From the NCBI GenBank assembly GCA_022180565.1, contig BQML01000006.1:2504-66503 (forward strand): a stretch of DNA of 64,000 bases. The letters are read 5' to 3'. The notes below the pieces were generated by a model that made no database searches, was not told the origin of the DNA, and worked only from the letters and a program-made list of their open reading frames with translations. The translations under genes and the position numbers were made by a program. This document shows, piece after piece, positions 20,262 through 29,487 of this stretch; positions within the stretch are counted from its first letter, which is position 1; every line of letters starts with the position of its first letter. The stretch comes from Bacteroidia bacterium (lineage in GTDB: Bacteria; Bacteroidota; Ignavibacteria; UBA10030).

Positions 20262-22447
20262 TACAGGTTGATTTCGACTTTCACCTCATTCTTGGGAAGG
20301 GGAAGGCGAAGAGCTCCATCCTTCAGTTCCTGCCGCTTGCCGTTGACGACAGCAAACGGCTCCTTATCCGACTTGGTCACTGAGAGGCGGAGGCTCTTTC
20401 CCCGGATTCTCGTTTGCGTGTCCATGGTCGAAAGCCCTGCAAGGAGCCGAGGGCGGAGGATGAGGACATCGGGCTCGGGACGCACGCCAAAGAGGTGATG
20501 CATGAAGAACATGGACAACTCTGCCCAGGTCCAGGGAATAATTCCCACCGGCGGCAGGGGAGGCACGGGCCGATCGCCGTAGAGTTCAAACCACGCTCCT
20601 GCTTTGCCGCCTTGTACATTCTGAAGCCATCGGAGCACGCGCCAGACTTTCTCATCGTTCCCCGCTTCGAAGTAGGCTCTCGCCACGAAGAGACTTGCGA
20701 AGGGCCAAGGACCGGGTGAATCGGGCTCGGATGTCACGTGGTACCGGGCATACCCTCCGTTGGTCCATCGCTGATTCCAAAGGACCTCAAGGGACTCAAG
20801 GGTCTTCAACGATATCGGATTCGTCGGTTCCACCACGCCATAAGCGATCGGTAAGGCGCTCGAAGTGTCAGGATCACAATAGGAAACCTCTTCAACGTTC
20901 ATGGGCATGCCTGGGGGCATGGTCGCTCGATTCGGAGGCTCAAAAGTCCGCTGTACCTGACCATTTGGCATGCGCCTCTTTATGAAGCGGCCGTCCTCCA
21001 CCAAGGAGAGCTTTGGGTGGTGGAGGTAGGAATTCTTCATCGTGCGCGAAGCCTCGAGCCATTTTTGCTGACGTGCCGGCTGCTTGAGCAATGAAGCCAT
21101 GGCCGCGGCCTTCTCGAGGCCGACGATATTCCAGAATTGATACGCGTTTTCAAAGCCCTCTTTGACCCCGAATCCTCTGTCGCGTTCCCAGAACTCGCGG
21201 CTGTTCTTGAGCAATCCCGACTCTGGATCGCGGAACTCCGGCCTCAGGACGTAATCCGCCACTGCACTGATCTTCTTCCAGTGCTCTTTGATGAGATCCG
21301 TCCTTCCGGTCCAGTTCCAATGGGTCCAGAGCGCATAGAGCAGTACGCCGTTCTGATCCAGTTCGATGTTTTCCGCGGACCTGTGGCGGCTTGCATCGAT
21401 CGTACGACCCTCGTCGTCGACTGATCGCGTCAAGATTCTCCTCAAGATCGGCTCCGCAACATCATCGAGCCCCGCCATGACGGCGCCCGTGGCCACCAGA
21501 GACTGATCGCGCACCCACTCGAAGTTGTATTGCCACAAACTCCCATCCACCTTGCCGGACTGAGCGACGAGGGCGCGCAGCCCGGACACGGACGTTCTGA
21601 ACAAATGGTCGAGGCCGCCATCGCCGGTCCGGATTCTCGTCACCGTGTTCCAGAATGAACGGGCTTCTTCGGTCATTCGCTTGACTCCCTTCCGCTCTAC
21701 TTCTTCCCGGGTCGTGTCGAGGGTCAGAAAGAACATCGTCGATTGTTCCTCGCCGGGGGAAAGATCACCCACAGAGACCGCCAGGTGGCGGTCACCGGCG
21801 ACGGGGACCTTTGAAGCAAACAACCTGAGTGTCTTGTATCCGCTTGCCGTTAACGTCCCCCTCACGCGATCAACGTCGTACTCATCGAAGTACATCTGAT
21901 TGGGATACAAGAGAAGAACAATGGACACGCCCTTTGCCCCATTCGTTCCGCCTTTAACGCGTACTGTTCTGACCAGAACGGCATCCTTGGGAGGGCTGAA
22001 CAGTTCTTCGGAAACCTCGCATCCTCCGGCTGACCAGTCTATGCGTACGGTTGGAATCCCATCAGGGTAGGTCCAGGAAACTTGCGACAGACGAGGTTGA
22101 GCAACATACGACGCGCCGCCTTCGTTGACGATGCAGCGCGAATTTTGAAGGCCGCGCTCCGGATGATAAAGGTAGGTGCTGATCTTTCTTCCGAAGTGCT
22201 GCGGTGACATCACAAGCAGGCCGCAATGGGTACCGATTTCCTCGCGCGGGGATGTTTGAAGCCCTGCGAGCATCAAGCCGTTGCCGAGAAGATAATACTC
22301 AATGCCTTCATTGTTGGTTTGGTAATCCTGATGCAGACGCTGTTCTTCGGCTGCAGGAGAGGTGAGGGTGGATCGGCCGAACGGAAGCGTCGTCGCGAGG
22401 GCTCCCGTGCCAAGGGTCTTGAGAAAGGACCGCCGTTCGAGATTCAT
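20261..22447 (-). CDS. Tat-exported GH15-like (alpha/alpha)6 glycoside hydrolase
   Basis: MNLERRSFLK Tat signal (start 22447). Y..EWVRD, ELDQ and EFWER resemble GH15 catalytic motifs. Confidence 0.7.
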   Translation of the reverse strand: MNLERRSFLKTLGTGALATTLPFGRSTLTSPAAEEQRLHQDYQTNNEGIEYYLLGNGLMLAGLQTSPREEIGTHCGLLVMSPQHFGRKISTYLYHPERGLQNSRCIVNEGGASYVAQPRLSQVSWTYPDGIPTVRIDWSAGGCEVSEELFSPPKDAVLVRTVRVKGGTNGAKGVSIVLLLYPNQMYFDEYDVDRVRGTLTASGYKTLRLFASKVPVAGDRHLAVSVGDLSPGEEQSTMFFLTLDTTREEVERKGVKRMTEEARSFWNTVTRIRTGDGGLDHLFRTSVSGLRALVAQSGKVDGSLWQYNFEWVRDQSLVATGAVMAGLDDVAEPILRRILTRSVDDEGRTIDASRHRSAENIELDQNGVLLYALWTHWNWTGRTDLIKEHWKKISAVADYVLRPEFRDPESGLLKNSREFWERDRGFGVKEGFENAYQFWNIVGLEKAAAMASLLKQPARQQKWLEASRTMKNSYLHHPKLSLVEDGRFIKRRMPNGQVQRTFEPPNRATMPPGMPMNVEEVSYCDPDTSSALPIAYGVVEPTNPISLKTLESLEVLWNQRWTNGGYARYHVTSEPDSPGPWPFASLFVARAYFEAGNDEKVWRVLRWLQNVQGGKAGAWFELYGDRPVPPLPPVGIIPWTWAELSMFFMHHLFGVRPEPDVLILRPRLLAGLSTMDTQTRIRGKSLRLSVTKSDKEPFAVVNGKRQELKDGALRLPLPKNEVKVEINL

Positions 22448-22460
22448 GATGCGCTCCGGA

Positions 22461-23270
22461 CTAGGAGGATAGTTCCGCAAGGTACCTGCGGAGGGTTTCC
22501 ACATTCTGTTTGGATTTCTCGATCAGGGGCAGGCAGTGGGTCTCGATGGTGATGTGAGAAACGAGGTCTTCCCGGAGGAGAGCCTCAAGCTGGCCTTTCC
22601 AATCGATCGCCCCTTCACCCACCGGCACACAGCGGATCAACGATCCCTCGAGGGTATCCTTGACGTGGACGTTTCTGACAAATTCTTTGACTGCCTGATA
22701 TCCATCCGGATAAGGCCGTGGCTCGGCACCGTAGGCATTGCAAGGATCCCAATTGGCCCCGAGGTTCTTCTTTCCGGCCTTTTTCAACAGATCGGCTGTC
22801 GTCGCCCCGGAACTGCACCAGAAACCCGGCTCATTCTCGATCGCCAGGTCCATACCCGCCGTTCCTGCGATCTCCGCCGCCCGCCGTATGGCGTCCAGCC
22901 ATAACGATTCCCTCTCTTGGTCCTCATGGTTCTCCCGCTGGAATCCGAACACAATGATCAGGGTTGCGCCCAGTTCTCCGGCGAGATCGATCGTCCGGGG
23001 AAGCGTGTCGAGAATCTCGTGTTCGATTTCCTTCGTCTGGGAAAGTGTATGCTTGAAAATCCCCGGCGAGAGAGCAGAGATGCGTATGCCGCTTTCCCGG
23101 GCGATGCGGCCGACAGATTTGATTTCCGCGGATTGTACAGACGGTACGCGTCCGGACTGGAGCATGCGAAGCTCAACGATCCGGATGCCCCATTCGGCCG
23201 CATACTGTGCGGCCACGGCAAAATCGGGAGAGATTTCGTCGCTGACGATGCCGAGTTCGAGCTTCTTCAT
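22461..23270 (-). CDS. Sugar phosphate isomerase/epimerase (AP_endonuc_2 TIM barrel)
   Basis: SDEI, LAIENE, WDPCN, VHVKD, VGEG.IDW and IETH metal-ligand pattern. Confidence 0.88.
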   Translation of the reverse strand: MKKLELGIVSDEISPDFAVAAQYAAEWGIRIVELRMLQSGRVPSVQSAEIKSVGRIARESGIRISALSPGIFKHTLSQTKEIEHEILDTLPRTIDLAGELGATLIIVFGFQRENHEDQERESLWLDAIRRAAEIAGTAGMDLAIENEPGFWCSSGATTADLLKKAGKKNLGANWDPCNAYGAEPRPYPDGYQAVKEFVRNVHVKDTLEGSLIRCVPVGEGAIDWKGQLEALLREDLVSHITIETHCLPLIEKSKQNVETLRRYLAELSS

Positions 23271-24070
23271 GTCTCAGGATGTGCTGAAGGCGGTTTGGAG
23301 GGATTGTACCCCAGTCGTATTGAAATCTGGTCCGCCGATCGCGTGAGAAAAGAAATTAATTCCTTCGCTTTTCTCTTGCTCTTCCGGTACCGTTCAGAGG
23401 GGATGGCCGTCATCAGCGAGGCCACGACCCTGGCCGTATGATCGCGAATGGGAACCGCAATGGCGCAAAGATCGGGTTTATATTCACCGTCAACGATCGA
23501 ATATCCTTCTTTGCGAATGTTGACCAGCCGTCGTTTCAAGGCCGTCAATGTCGTGATCGTAGTTTCCGTAAACTTCTTCAATCCTTTACGGCCGATCAAG
23601 CGCTCCACCTCGTGAGCGTCACGATCCGCGATGAGCACGAGTCCGGAGGCCGTGCAATGGATGGGAGAACGGTGGCCGAGGCGCGTGACCATTTTCCACA
23701 CTTCCGGCGTGTCCACATGGTCGATCAGGATGACGTCGTCATGGTCGAGGATAGCGAGATAGAAGCTTTCGCGCGTTTCATGGGCAAGCTTTTGCAGATA
23801 AGGATGAGCGACGGTCTTTAGGTCGATGCGCGAGAGGGCGGCATTCCCCCATTCCAGGAGCCTCATCCCGAGCGTGAACACCTTGCGATCAGGATCTTCG
23901 ACCACGACCGCGTGTTCCTCAAGTGTGTGGAGAATGCGGAAGAGGGTGCTTTTGGGCACGGAAAGCTCGTCTGCCAGCTGGGCGAGGGACCGCCCGTGAG
24001 GCGCCAGGGAAAGGATTTCCAGAAGACGCACTGCCCGATCGATTGCCGGGACGGTGTAGTCGACAGGCAT
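23267..24070 (-). CDS. IclR family transcriptional regulator (KdgR-like)
   Basis: PAIDRAVRLLE...PKSTLFRILHTL HTH; HCTASG and GYS..DGE....L.AIAVPI effector-domain motifs. Confidence 0.93.
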   Translation of the reverse strand: MPVDYTVPAIDRAVRLLEILSLAPHGRSLAQLADELSVPKSTLFRILHTLEEHAVVVEDPDRKVFTLGMRLLEWGNAALSRIDLKTVAHPYLQKLAHETRESFYLAILDHDDVILIDHVDTPEVWKMVTRLGHRSPIHCTASGLVLIADRDAHEVERLIGRKGLKKFTETTITTLTALKRRLVNIRKEGYSIVDGEYKPDLCAIAVPIRDHTARVVASLMTAIPSERYRKSKRKAKELISFLTRSADQISIRLGYNPSKPPSAHPET

Positions 24071-24083
24071 GGGAGTTTTGCTA

Positions 24084-24100
24084 ATTGAATGCTATTTAAT
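24084..24100. promoter_or_regulatory. Candidate IclR operator ATTGAATGCTATTTAAT over the predicted TSS of the iclR gene
   Basis: Imperfect 17-bp palindrome 2 nt downstream of the -10. Resembles the box at 53189-53205. Confidence 0.4.
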
Positions 24101-24102
24101 CC

Positions 24103-24131
24103 AGTATACGGCTAATCCGTTCGTTTGTCAA
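24103..24131 (-). promoter_or_regulatory. sigma70-type promoter TTGACA-17-TATACT upstream of iclR and the left operon
   Basis: Minus strand reads TTGACA aacgaacggattagccg TATACT. Confidence 0.85.
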
Positions 24132-24146
24132 GCAGAATCCCACGCT

Positions 24147-25445
24147 TCACACGATCCCCGCCGATGTCCCCGAACGCGCCGGTCTCTCTTTCGCCTTGTG
24201 CGCCCGGTAGCCACTCGCGCGGTATGTCAGGATGGGATCTAGAGCACCCCCGGCGTTTTGCCGGGCACGCCGAAGAATAGGGGTCACATCCGTGCGAAAG
24301 GCCTCCTTGAGTATTCTGAGCGCCATGATTGCATCGTTCTCCTCTTGCGCCGCCGCAAGCGCCTTCTGATCCACCAGCAACGCCTGCACATACGCCCTTT
24401 GAATCTCCTCCGCCGAGAGCATCAGCGATTCCAGGGGATCGGTGACATTATGGCTCTGATCAATCATATAGGAAAGATTCTGATTCCCCCTCCTCTCTTC
24501 CCCCGCGCTCACAAGCTCGTGGAAAACAAGAAACAGCTGAAACGGCTTGATGCTGCCTGCATCAAGATCATCGTCGCCGTACTTGCTGTCATTGAAATGA
24601 AATCCACCGAGCTTGCCGAACTGCAGGAGCCGAGAAACCACCATTTCAATGTTCGTGTTCGGCAGATGATGGCCCAGATCTACCAGACAAAACACCTTGG
24701 ACCCAAGGTCTGTTGCGCAGTAATACGCCGTTCCCCAATCGTTCAGCACCGTTGCATAGAGCGCCGGTTCATAAGGCTTGTATTCGAGAAAAAGCCTCCA
24801 ATCATTGGGCAGGTGGTTCACGATGACTCGAAGGCTCTCAAGATAGCGATCCAGGCTTTGACGGAAACTGATCTGGCCAGGCAGGTTGGAACCGTCCCCG
24901 ATCCACACGGTGAGGGCTTTCGAGCCAAGCTTCTTACCGATCTCTATGCATTCGAGGTTATGCTCGATGGCCTGCCGCCGCACGGCCTTGTCCGTGTGGG
25001 TCAGGGAACCGAACTTGTAGCTCAGGTTCTGTCCCGGCTGATCCTGAAACGTGTTCGAATTTATTGCATCGAATCCCAGCCCGAGTGACTCCGCGAAGGC
25101 TTTGAGAGCCTGAGGCTCCGCCGGCTTGTCCCAGGGAATATGCGGCGATACACGCGGGGTGATCCGCATGAGCTGGTGCACGGTCGCACAATCGACGAGT
25201 TTCTCCCCCACGGTTCGCGGCTCTCCACCCGCAGGAAAACGCGCAAACCGGGTTCCCCCCGTTCCGACAGCCCACGAGGGAAGAGCCACCTCAAAGGCCC
25301 CTGCCCTCCTCACAAGGAGCTCAATTGAGATTCCTCGTGTTTCCAACGCCTCCCCCAGCGCATCATATTCACGGTTCGCTTCGGACTCGAACCGCTTGTT
25401 CTGCTCTTCAAGAAACGACGGGGAAATACGGAATCCAGTTTCCAT
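24147..25445 (-). CDS. rhaI: L-rhamnose isomerase (Pseudomonas stutzeri-type RhaI)
   Basis: PSWAVGTGGTRFARFP, HIPWD, NSNTFQD, WIGDG, EYKPYEP, DLGHH, FHFND.KYGDDDL and DQSHN motifs. Start 25445. Confidence 0.88.
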   Translation of the reverse strand: METGFRISPSFLEEQNKRFESEANREYDALGEALETRGISIELLVRRAGAFEVALPSWAVGTGGTRFARFPAGGEPRTVGEKLVDCATVHQLMRITPRVSPHIPWDKPAEPQALKAFAESLGLGFDAINSNTFQDQPGQNLSYKFGSLTHTDKAVRRQAIEHNLECIEIGKKLGSKALTVWIGDGSNLPGQISFRQSLDRYLESLRVIVNHLPNDWRLFLEYKPYEPALYATVLNDWGTAYYCATDLGSKVFCLVDLGHHLPNTNIEMVVSRLLQFGKLGGFHFNDSKYGDDDLDAGSIKPFQLFLVFHELVSAGEERRGNQNLSYMIDQSHNVTDPLESLMLSAEEIQRAYVQALLVDQKALAAAQEENDAIMALRILKEAFRTDVTPILRRARQNAGGALDPILTYRASGYRAHKAKERPARSGTSAGIV

Positions 25446-25452
25446 GATCCAC

Positions 25453-26385
25453 CTATGAACGAAGAAGATCCAACACCTGCTCCGCCGCCCGCCTCTGCAA
25501 TTGACCAATACTGGCACTGCTGAACCAGGCGATATGACTTGTGGCCAGAGCGCCGGGAAGCGAAAGAAACGGATGATCCGGCGGCAGAGGCTCGTTTTCA
25601 AACACGTCCAGAGCGGCACCCGCGATCCTCCCCTCCCTCAGCGTGTCCACCACGGCGTTCAAATCCACCAATCCGCCCCTGCTCGTATTGACAAGAAGAG
25701 CCAGCGGCTTCATCCGTCCCAAGGTCGCGCGGTTGATCATATGCCGCGTGGACTCGTTCAATGGACAATGAAGGCTTACGACATCCGAAACCTCCAACAA
25801 ATCATCGAACGACACGGCCTCAGCACCGCCCGAAGCGATCTCCTTCTCCGTCACGAGGGGATCGTACGCCACGACCCTCATCCCGAACGCCCTCGCACGC
25901 CCGACAACAAGCCGCGCGACCCTTCCGAATCCCACAAGCCCAAGCGTGGACTCCCGAAGTGGAGGAAGGTTCAGTGGAGGAGTGATCGACCATGTACCCC
26001 TCTTCACTCTCTCCGCAACCGTGGTCACCTGCCGTTGAAGCGCAAGCATCAGGGCGAAGGAGTGATCGGCAACCTCATCGAGGCAGTAATCGGGAACGTT
26101 CCTGACCGGAATGCCGCGCTTCTTTGCCGCCGCGAGATCCACGTTATCCACACCGATCCCGTAACGGACGATCCCCTTGCATCGTTTCATCGACCCGATG
26201 GCCTCCGCCCCCACGGGCGCCCATTGCACCATGACTGCATCAGCATCGGCCACCACCGCCGCGACCTCGTCTTCGGTCTTGCATTGATGAGCCACGAGAT
26301 CGATATCGTGGCCGCGGAAGACCGCTCGTTCCGGGTCCAGGGACGGAAATCCCCAATCTGTAATGACAACCTTCCTCACGGTCAC
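25453..26385 (-). CDS. D-2-hydroxyacid dehydrogenase (CtBP-like)
   Basis: RYGIGVDNVD, NVPDYC..EVADH, GFGRVA, NTSRG, LDVFENEP and SHIAW motifs. GTGA overlap. Confidence 0.9.
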   Translation of the reverse strand: MTVRKVVITDWGFPSLDPERAVFRGHDIDLVAHQCKTEDEVAAVVADADAVMVQWAPVGAEAIGSMKRCKGIVRYGIGVDNVDLAAAKKRGIPVRNVPDYCLDEVADHSFALMLALQRQVTTVAERVKRGTWSITPPLNLPPLRESTLGLVGFGRVARLVVGRARAFGMRVVAYDPLVTEKEIASGGAEAVSFDDLLEVSDVVSLHCPLNESTRHMINRATLGRMKPLALLVNTSRGGLVDLNAVVDTLREGRIAGAALDVFENEPLPPDHPFLSLPGALATSHIAWFSSASIGQLQRRAAEQVLDLLRS

Positions 26386-27125
26386 TTGAGGTAATCGTGC
26401 AATACTTTTCCCTCGACCAGGGTGAAATCCGCCTTCCAATACATTCCCGGCCCCGTCTCGACGACGGGCAGGCGAAACACCGGGGCCTGAATGTTCGGGC
26501 GGAGTTCGACCGTGCACGGACCGATCCAGCACTCGTCAACCCGCACATCGGTCAAAAGGCGGCTTGTAATCTGGCGAAGCGCCGTCTTCCCGTCGATGCC
26601 CGGAATGACTTTATAGTTCAAATTGACTGCGAAATCGAAGGTCAGCTCCTTGAACTCCTCGAGCGTTCCGCGCTCCTGTTTGTATGCCATCGTGCCGGTC
26701 AGAATGTCAATGCCGTTCCTGGTCACTGTCCCTACAAGGAGATCTCCGCGAACCTCGACGCGCGGATCAGCGAATTTCTTAGGCTGTCCGTGTACTTCTC
26801 TTCCATGAGCAAGTCCGACATCGCTGTTCAAAAACAAATAGGGACTGTAGCCGCCCCTTGCCTTGCCGGGAAGCTCCGCACCGACCATCACGTTGCATTC
26901 GCCATAGGATCCCAGCCACTCGACGTCGTGCATGTTGTACACATGAACCACGATGCGGTCGCTGATCGCCTTCAGGGGAGGGGGAAGAAGCGATCGAATG
27001 GCTTCTTCCGTCGTGCGGTAGGAAAGGGTGAGCACTTCTACGTTCCGAAACGTGAACGGGAACTTCGGCACCAGAGGTGCGTCCCAGGGCGTGGACCAGG
27101 CGTTCTCAGGGGTTCTCTTGGTCAT
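26382..27125 (-). CDS. Acetoacetate decarboxylase family protein
   Basis: F.F.NVE, G.Y.E and GREVHGQPKK (Schiff-base Lys-Lys) motifs. Confidence 0.87.
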   Translation of the reverse strand: MTKRTPENAWSTPWDAPLVPKFPFTFRNVEVLTLSYRTTEEAIRSLLPPPLKAISDRIVVHVYNMHDVEWLGSYGECNVMVGAELPGKARGGYSPYLFLNSDVGLAHGREVHGQPKKFADPRVEVRGDLLVGTVTRNGIDILTGTMAYKQERGTLEEFKELTFDFAVNLNYKVIPGIDGKTALRQITSRLLTDVRVDECWIGPCTVELRPNIQAPVFRLPVVETGPGMYWKADFTLVEGKVLHDYLK

Positions 27126-27877
27126 CGCTTGTCCTCCGTCAGACGTGGCGCCCCCGCGGGAGCCTGTTTACCCACCCGCTCATAATATTCTGCGGGAATC
27201 TTCGCGGGATCCTTGTAGATATACCACACGCAGGCATCCTCGGCCTTCTCCGGGTACTCCGTGATCCGCATGGGATGCCCGTAGTTCTCAATGGCCAGGA
27301 CCTCATTGACCATCGAACAGTGGGCACAGTAATAGCACACTCTCTCCTTCCCCCAAGTAAGCGGACCCGCTTTCCGGGAAAAGCCAAACAGGTCCGGACG
27401 CTGTTCCAGGCCGCTTTCAACCCGCTGACGCGCCACGCCGCCGCTCCCGCACGGGTCAAGCCGCAGAACATACCGATCGGCCTCCTCTGTCACCTCAATT
27501 TCGCCCTGTCTGTCCCTGCCCATCAAGTGCCCCCTCAATCCTTCCACCGTTAATTGCAGTTGAGTCTTCACGTCTGAAGCCATGACCTTGTCGTACCGGG
27601 CTTTGTAATAGCTTCCCAGCACGGCCCGCATCGCCTTTTCCAATTCCTCTTCCCCATAGGTATTCGCAATATAGGTAAAGAAGGACCATGACCAGTTCAC
27701 GTACATATCGTGCACCACCTGCCATTCCAGGCGGGCATACTCCACGATGCGTTTGGCTTCTGCCAGATCCCCCCGGTCCATCGCGGCATACGCCTGATGA
27801 AGTGTGGAAACACCGACTTCTGACGGCTCATCCTGCCGCAGATCTCTCCCAAGAATCGTTGACCATCGAAGGTTCAT
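27122..27877 (-). CDS. Hypothetical protein with a Cys cluster (possible V4R-like metal site)
   Basis: PCGSGG, CYYCAHC and ACVWYIY motifs. ATGA-coupled to the ADC gene. Confidence 0.65.
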   Translation of the reverse strand: MNLRWSTILGRDLRQDEPSEVGVSTLHQAYAAMDRGDLAEAKRIVEYARLEWQVVHDMYVNWSWSFFTYIANTYGEEELEKAMRAVLGSYYKARYDKVMASDVKTQLQLTVEGLRGHLMGRDRQGEIEVTEEADRYVLRLDPCGSGGVARQRVESGLEQRPDLFGFSRKAGPLTWGKERVCYYCAHCSMVNEVLAIENYGHPMRITEYPEKAEDACVWYIYKDPAKIPAEYYERVGKQAPAGAPRLTEDKR

Positions 27878-27910
27878 GAGTCATACCTCACATGTTTTTT
27901 CCTGTTCACC

Positions 27911-28696
27911 CTAACTCGTCAGCATGAATCCGCCGCAAACGTTGATTTCCTGACCGTTAATAAACGATCCCTCCTCGGAAACGAGAAAGCAAATGAGGTT
28001 GGCAACGTCTGCCACCGTCCCGATTCTCCCCAACGGAGTCTGCTTGCGCCAGATCTCCCAGAATTCATCGGGATCTTTTCCGGTGATCGCCTTTAAGCCC
28101 CTGAAGTTTCCTTCCCACATCGGGGTATCGATGGGACCCGGACAAACGGTGTTCACAGCCACATTGTTCGCTCCGTAGGCCAGCGCCAGGGATTCTGTGA
28201 TGTTCTTGACGGCGGCTTTCGATGCCGAGTAATGGGCAGACAGCGCGCGGCCCTTGCGACCTGCGTTCGAGCCAAGGTTGATGATCTTTCCTCCTCGCGG
28301 AGCCTGCATCGACGCTGCTGCAGCGACGCAGATAAAAAAAAGCGCTCGGACGTTGACATCCATAACCTCATTATATTCGTCAACCGATATTTCTTCCATT
28401 TTCGTGAAATAGCACATGCCCGCAGCGTTCACCACAATATCGAGGTATCCAACGGCTTTCAAGGCGTCCGGAACCACGGCACGGGCTTCATCGGCGGACC
28501 GGAGATCCCTCCGAAGAGCCACGTGCGGTTTTCCGCCGGACACAAGCGATGCCATGGCATTCTTCAGCTTTCCTTCGTTTCTCTCAACACCGACGATACG
28601 CGCGCCCAGCATGGCGAGTCTCCTGCCTGTTTCAAGGCCAATGCCGCTGCCGACGCCGGTGATGAGCGCCGTCTTTCCTTCCAGTGCCAGTCCCAT
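27911..28696 (-). CDS. SDR oxidoreductase (polyol/sorbitol dehydrogenase-like)
   Basis: TGVGSGIG, NAAG, YSASK and CPG.IDT motifs. Confidence 0.9.
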   Translation of the reverse strand: MGLALEGKTALITGVGSGIGLETGRRLAMLGARIVGVERNEGKLKNAMASLVSGGKPHVALRRDLRSADEARAVVPDALKAVGYLDIVVNAAGMCYFTKMEEISVDEYNEVMDVNVRALFFICVAAAASMQAPRGGKIINLGSNAGRKGRALSAHYSASKAAVKNITESLALAYGANNVAVNTVCPGPIDTPMWEGNFRGLKAITGKDPDEFWEIWRKQTPLGRIGTVADVANLICFLVSEEGSFINGQEINVCGGFMLTS

Positions 28697-29487
28697 TAGG
28701 AAATCACTCCTTTCGGATGCCTCTGAATAACGAGCGGATCATACAAGGGGATGATCAGGTCGGTCTCTCGCCTCAGACGCGCAAACAGCCTGTAATGCTC
28801 TTCCAACGATTCGGAGAGACCGAGCGGGATCTTCTCTTCGTAGTTCCTGTACTTGAACACGGCATCGGTCACCCCCACGCGGCCCTGCGTCGTTTCAATA
28901 ACATACACCATGCTCGATCGGTGGTGCGCTCCGCAAAACCAGGAACGGATGCCGGGGAAAAGCTCCCGGTATTCGTCGGGAATCAGATTCAACCGTTGCC
29001 TGTTCGCCTCAAGCCAGTGAAGGACATGATCCGGAAAAACGATATTCCGGGGAAGCTGCGGAATCTCGGGATCCGGATGATGGAAATCCGTCCATCCGTG
29101 TTCAGAAATCCAGATGCGGGACGTCGGAAACTGATCAAGCCCTCCGGTCGCGTAGGCAGTCATGGGCGTTATCAGGACATGATCGATCGCCTCAGGACCG
29201 GTGCCGGCGGCCTTCAAGGCGTTCACGATCCAGTGTTCATCCCGCACGACGGGAACATGGCCCTCCTCGTCGGTCGCCGCTTTTGCCCAAGCCGTCCAAT
29301 GCTTGTGGAGGGCGGAGAAATCCCGTGGAAAACCGGTGTTGATCAGGATGCGTCGTTCCTCATTCTCGATCAACAACGCCCAGAAGGTCAGCGGCTCCCA
29401 TCCGACAAGCCTGGTCATCCAGTACAGCTCGGCACAGGGAACGGTCGTTTCACCCATGCTCAGAACGCGTATTGTATAGGGTTTCAT
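28696..29487 (-). CDS. Metallo-beta-lactamase-fold protein (AHL-lactonase-like) with degenerate metal motif
   Basis: ILINTG and IDHVLITPMTAYATGG at the usual THxHxDH position; GAHH, TDA, IPLYDP. Start 29487 (ATGA overlap). Confidence 0.65.
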   Translation of the reverse strand: MKPYTIRVLSMGETTVPCAELYWMTRLVGWEPLTFWALLIENEERRILINTGFPRDFSALHKHWTAWAKAATDEEGHVPVVRDEHWIVNALKAAGTGPEAIDHVLITPMTAYATGGLDQFPTSRIWISEHGWTDFHHPDPEIPQLPRNIVFPDHVLHWLEANRQRLNLIPDEYRELFPGIRSWFCGAHHRSSMVYVIETTQGRVGVTDAVFKYRNYEEKIPLGLSESLEEHYRLFARLRRETDLIIPLYDPLVIQRHPKGVIS

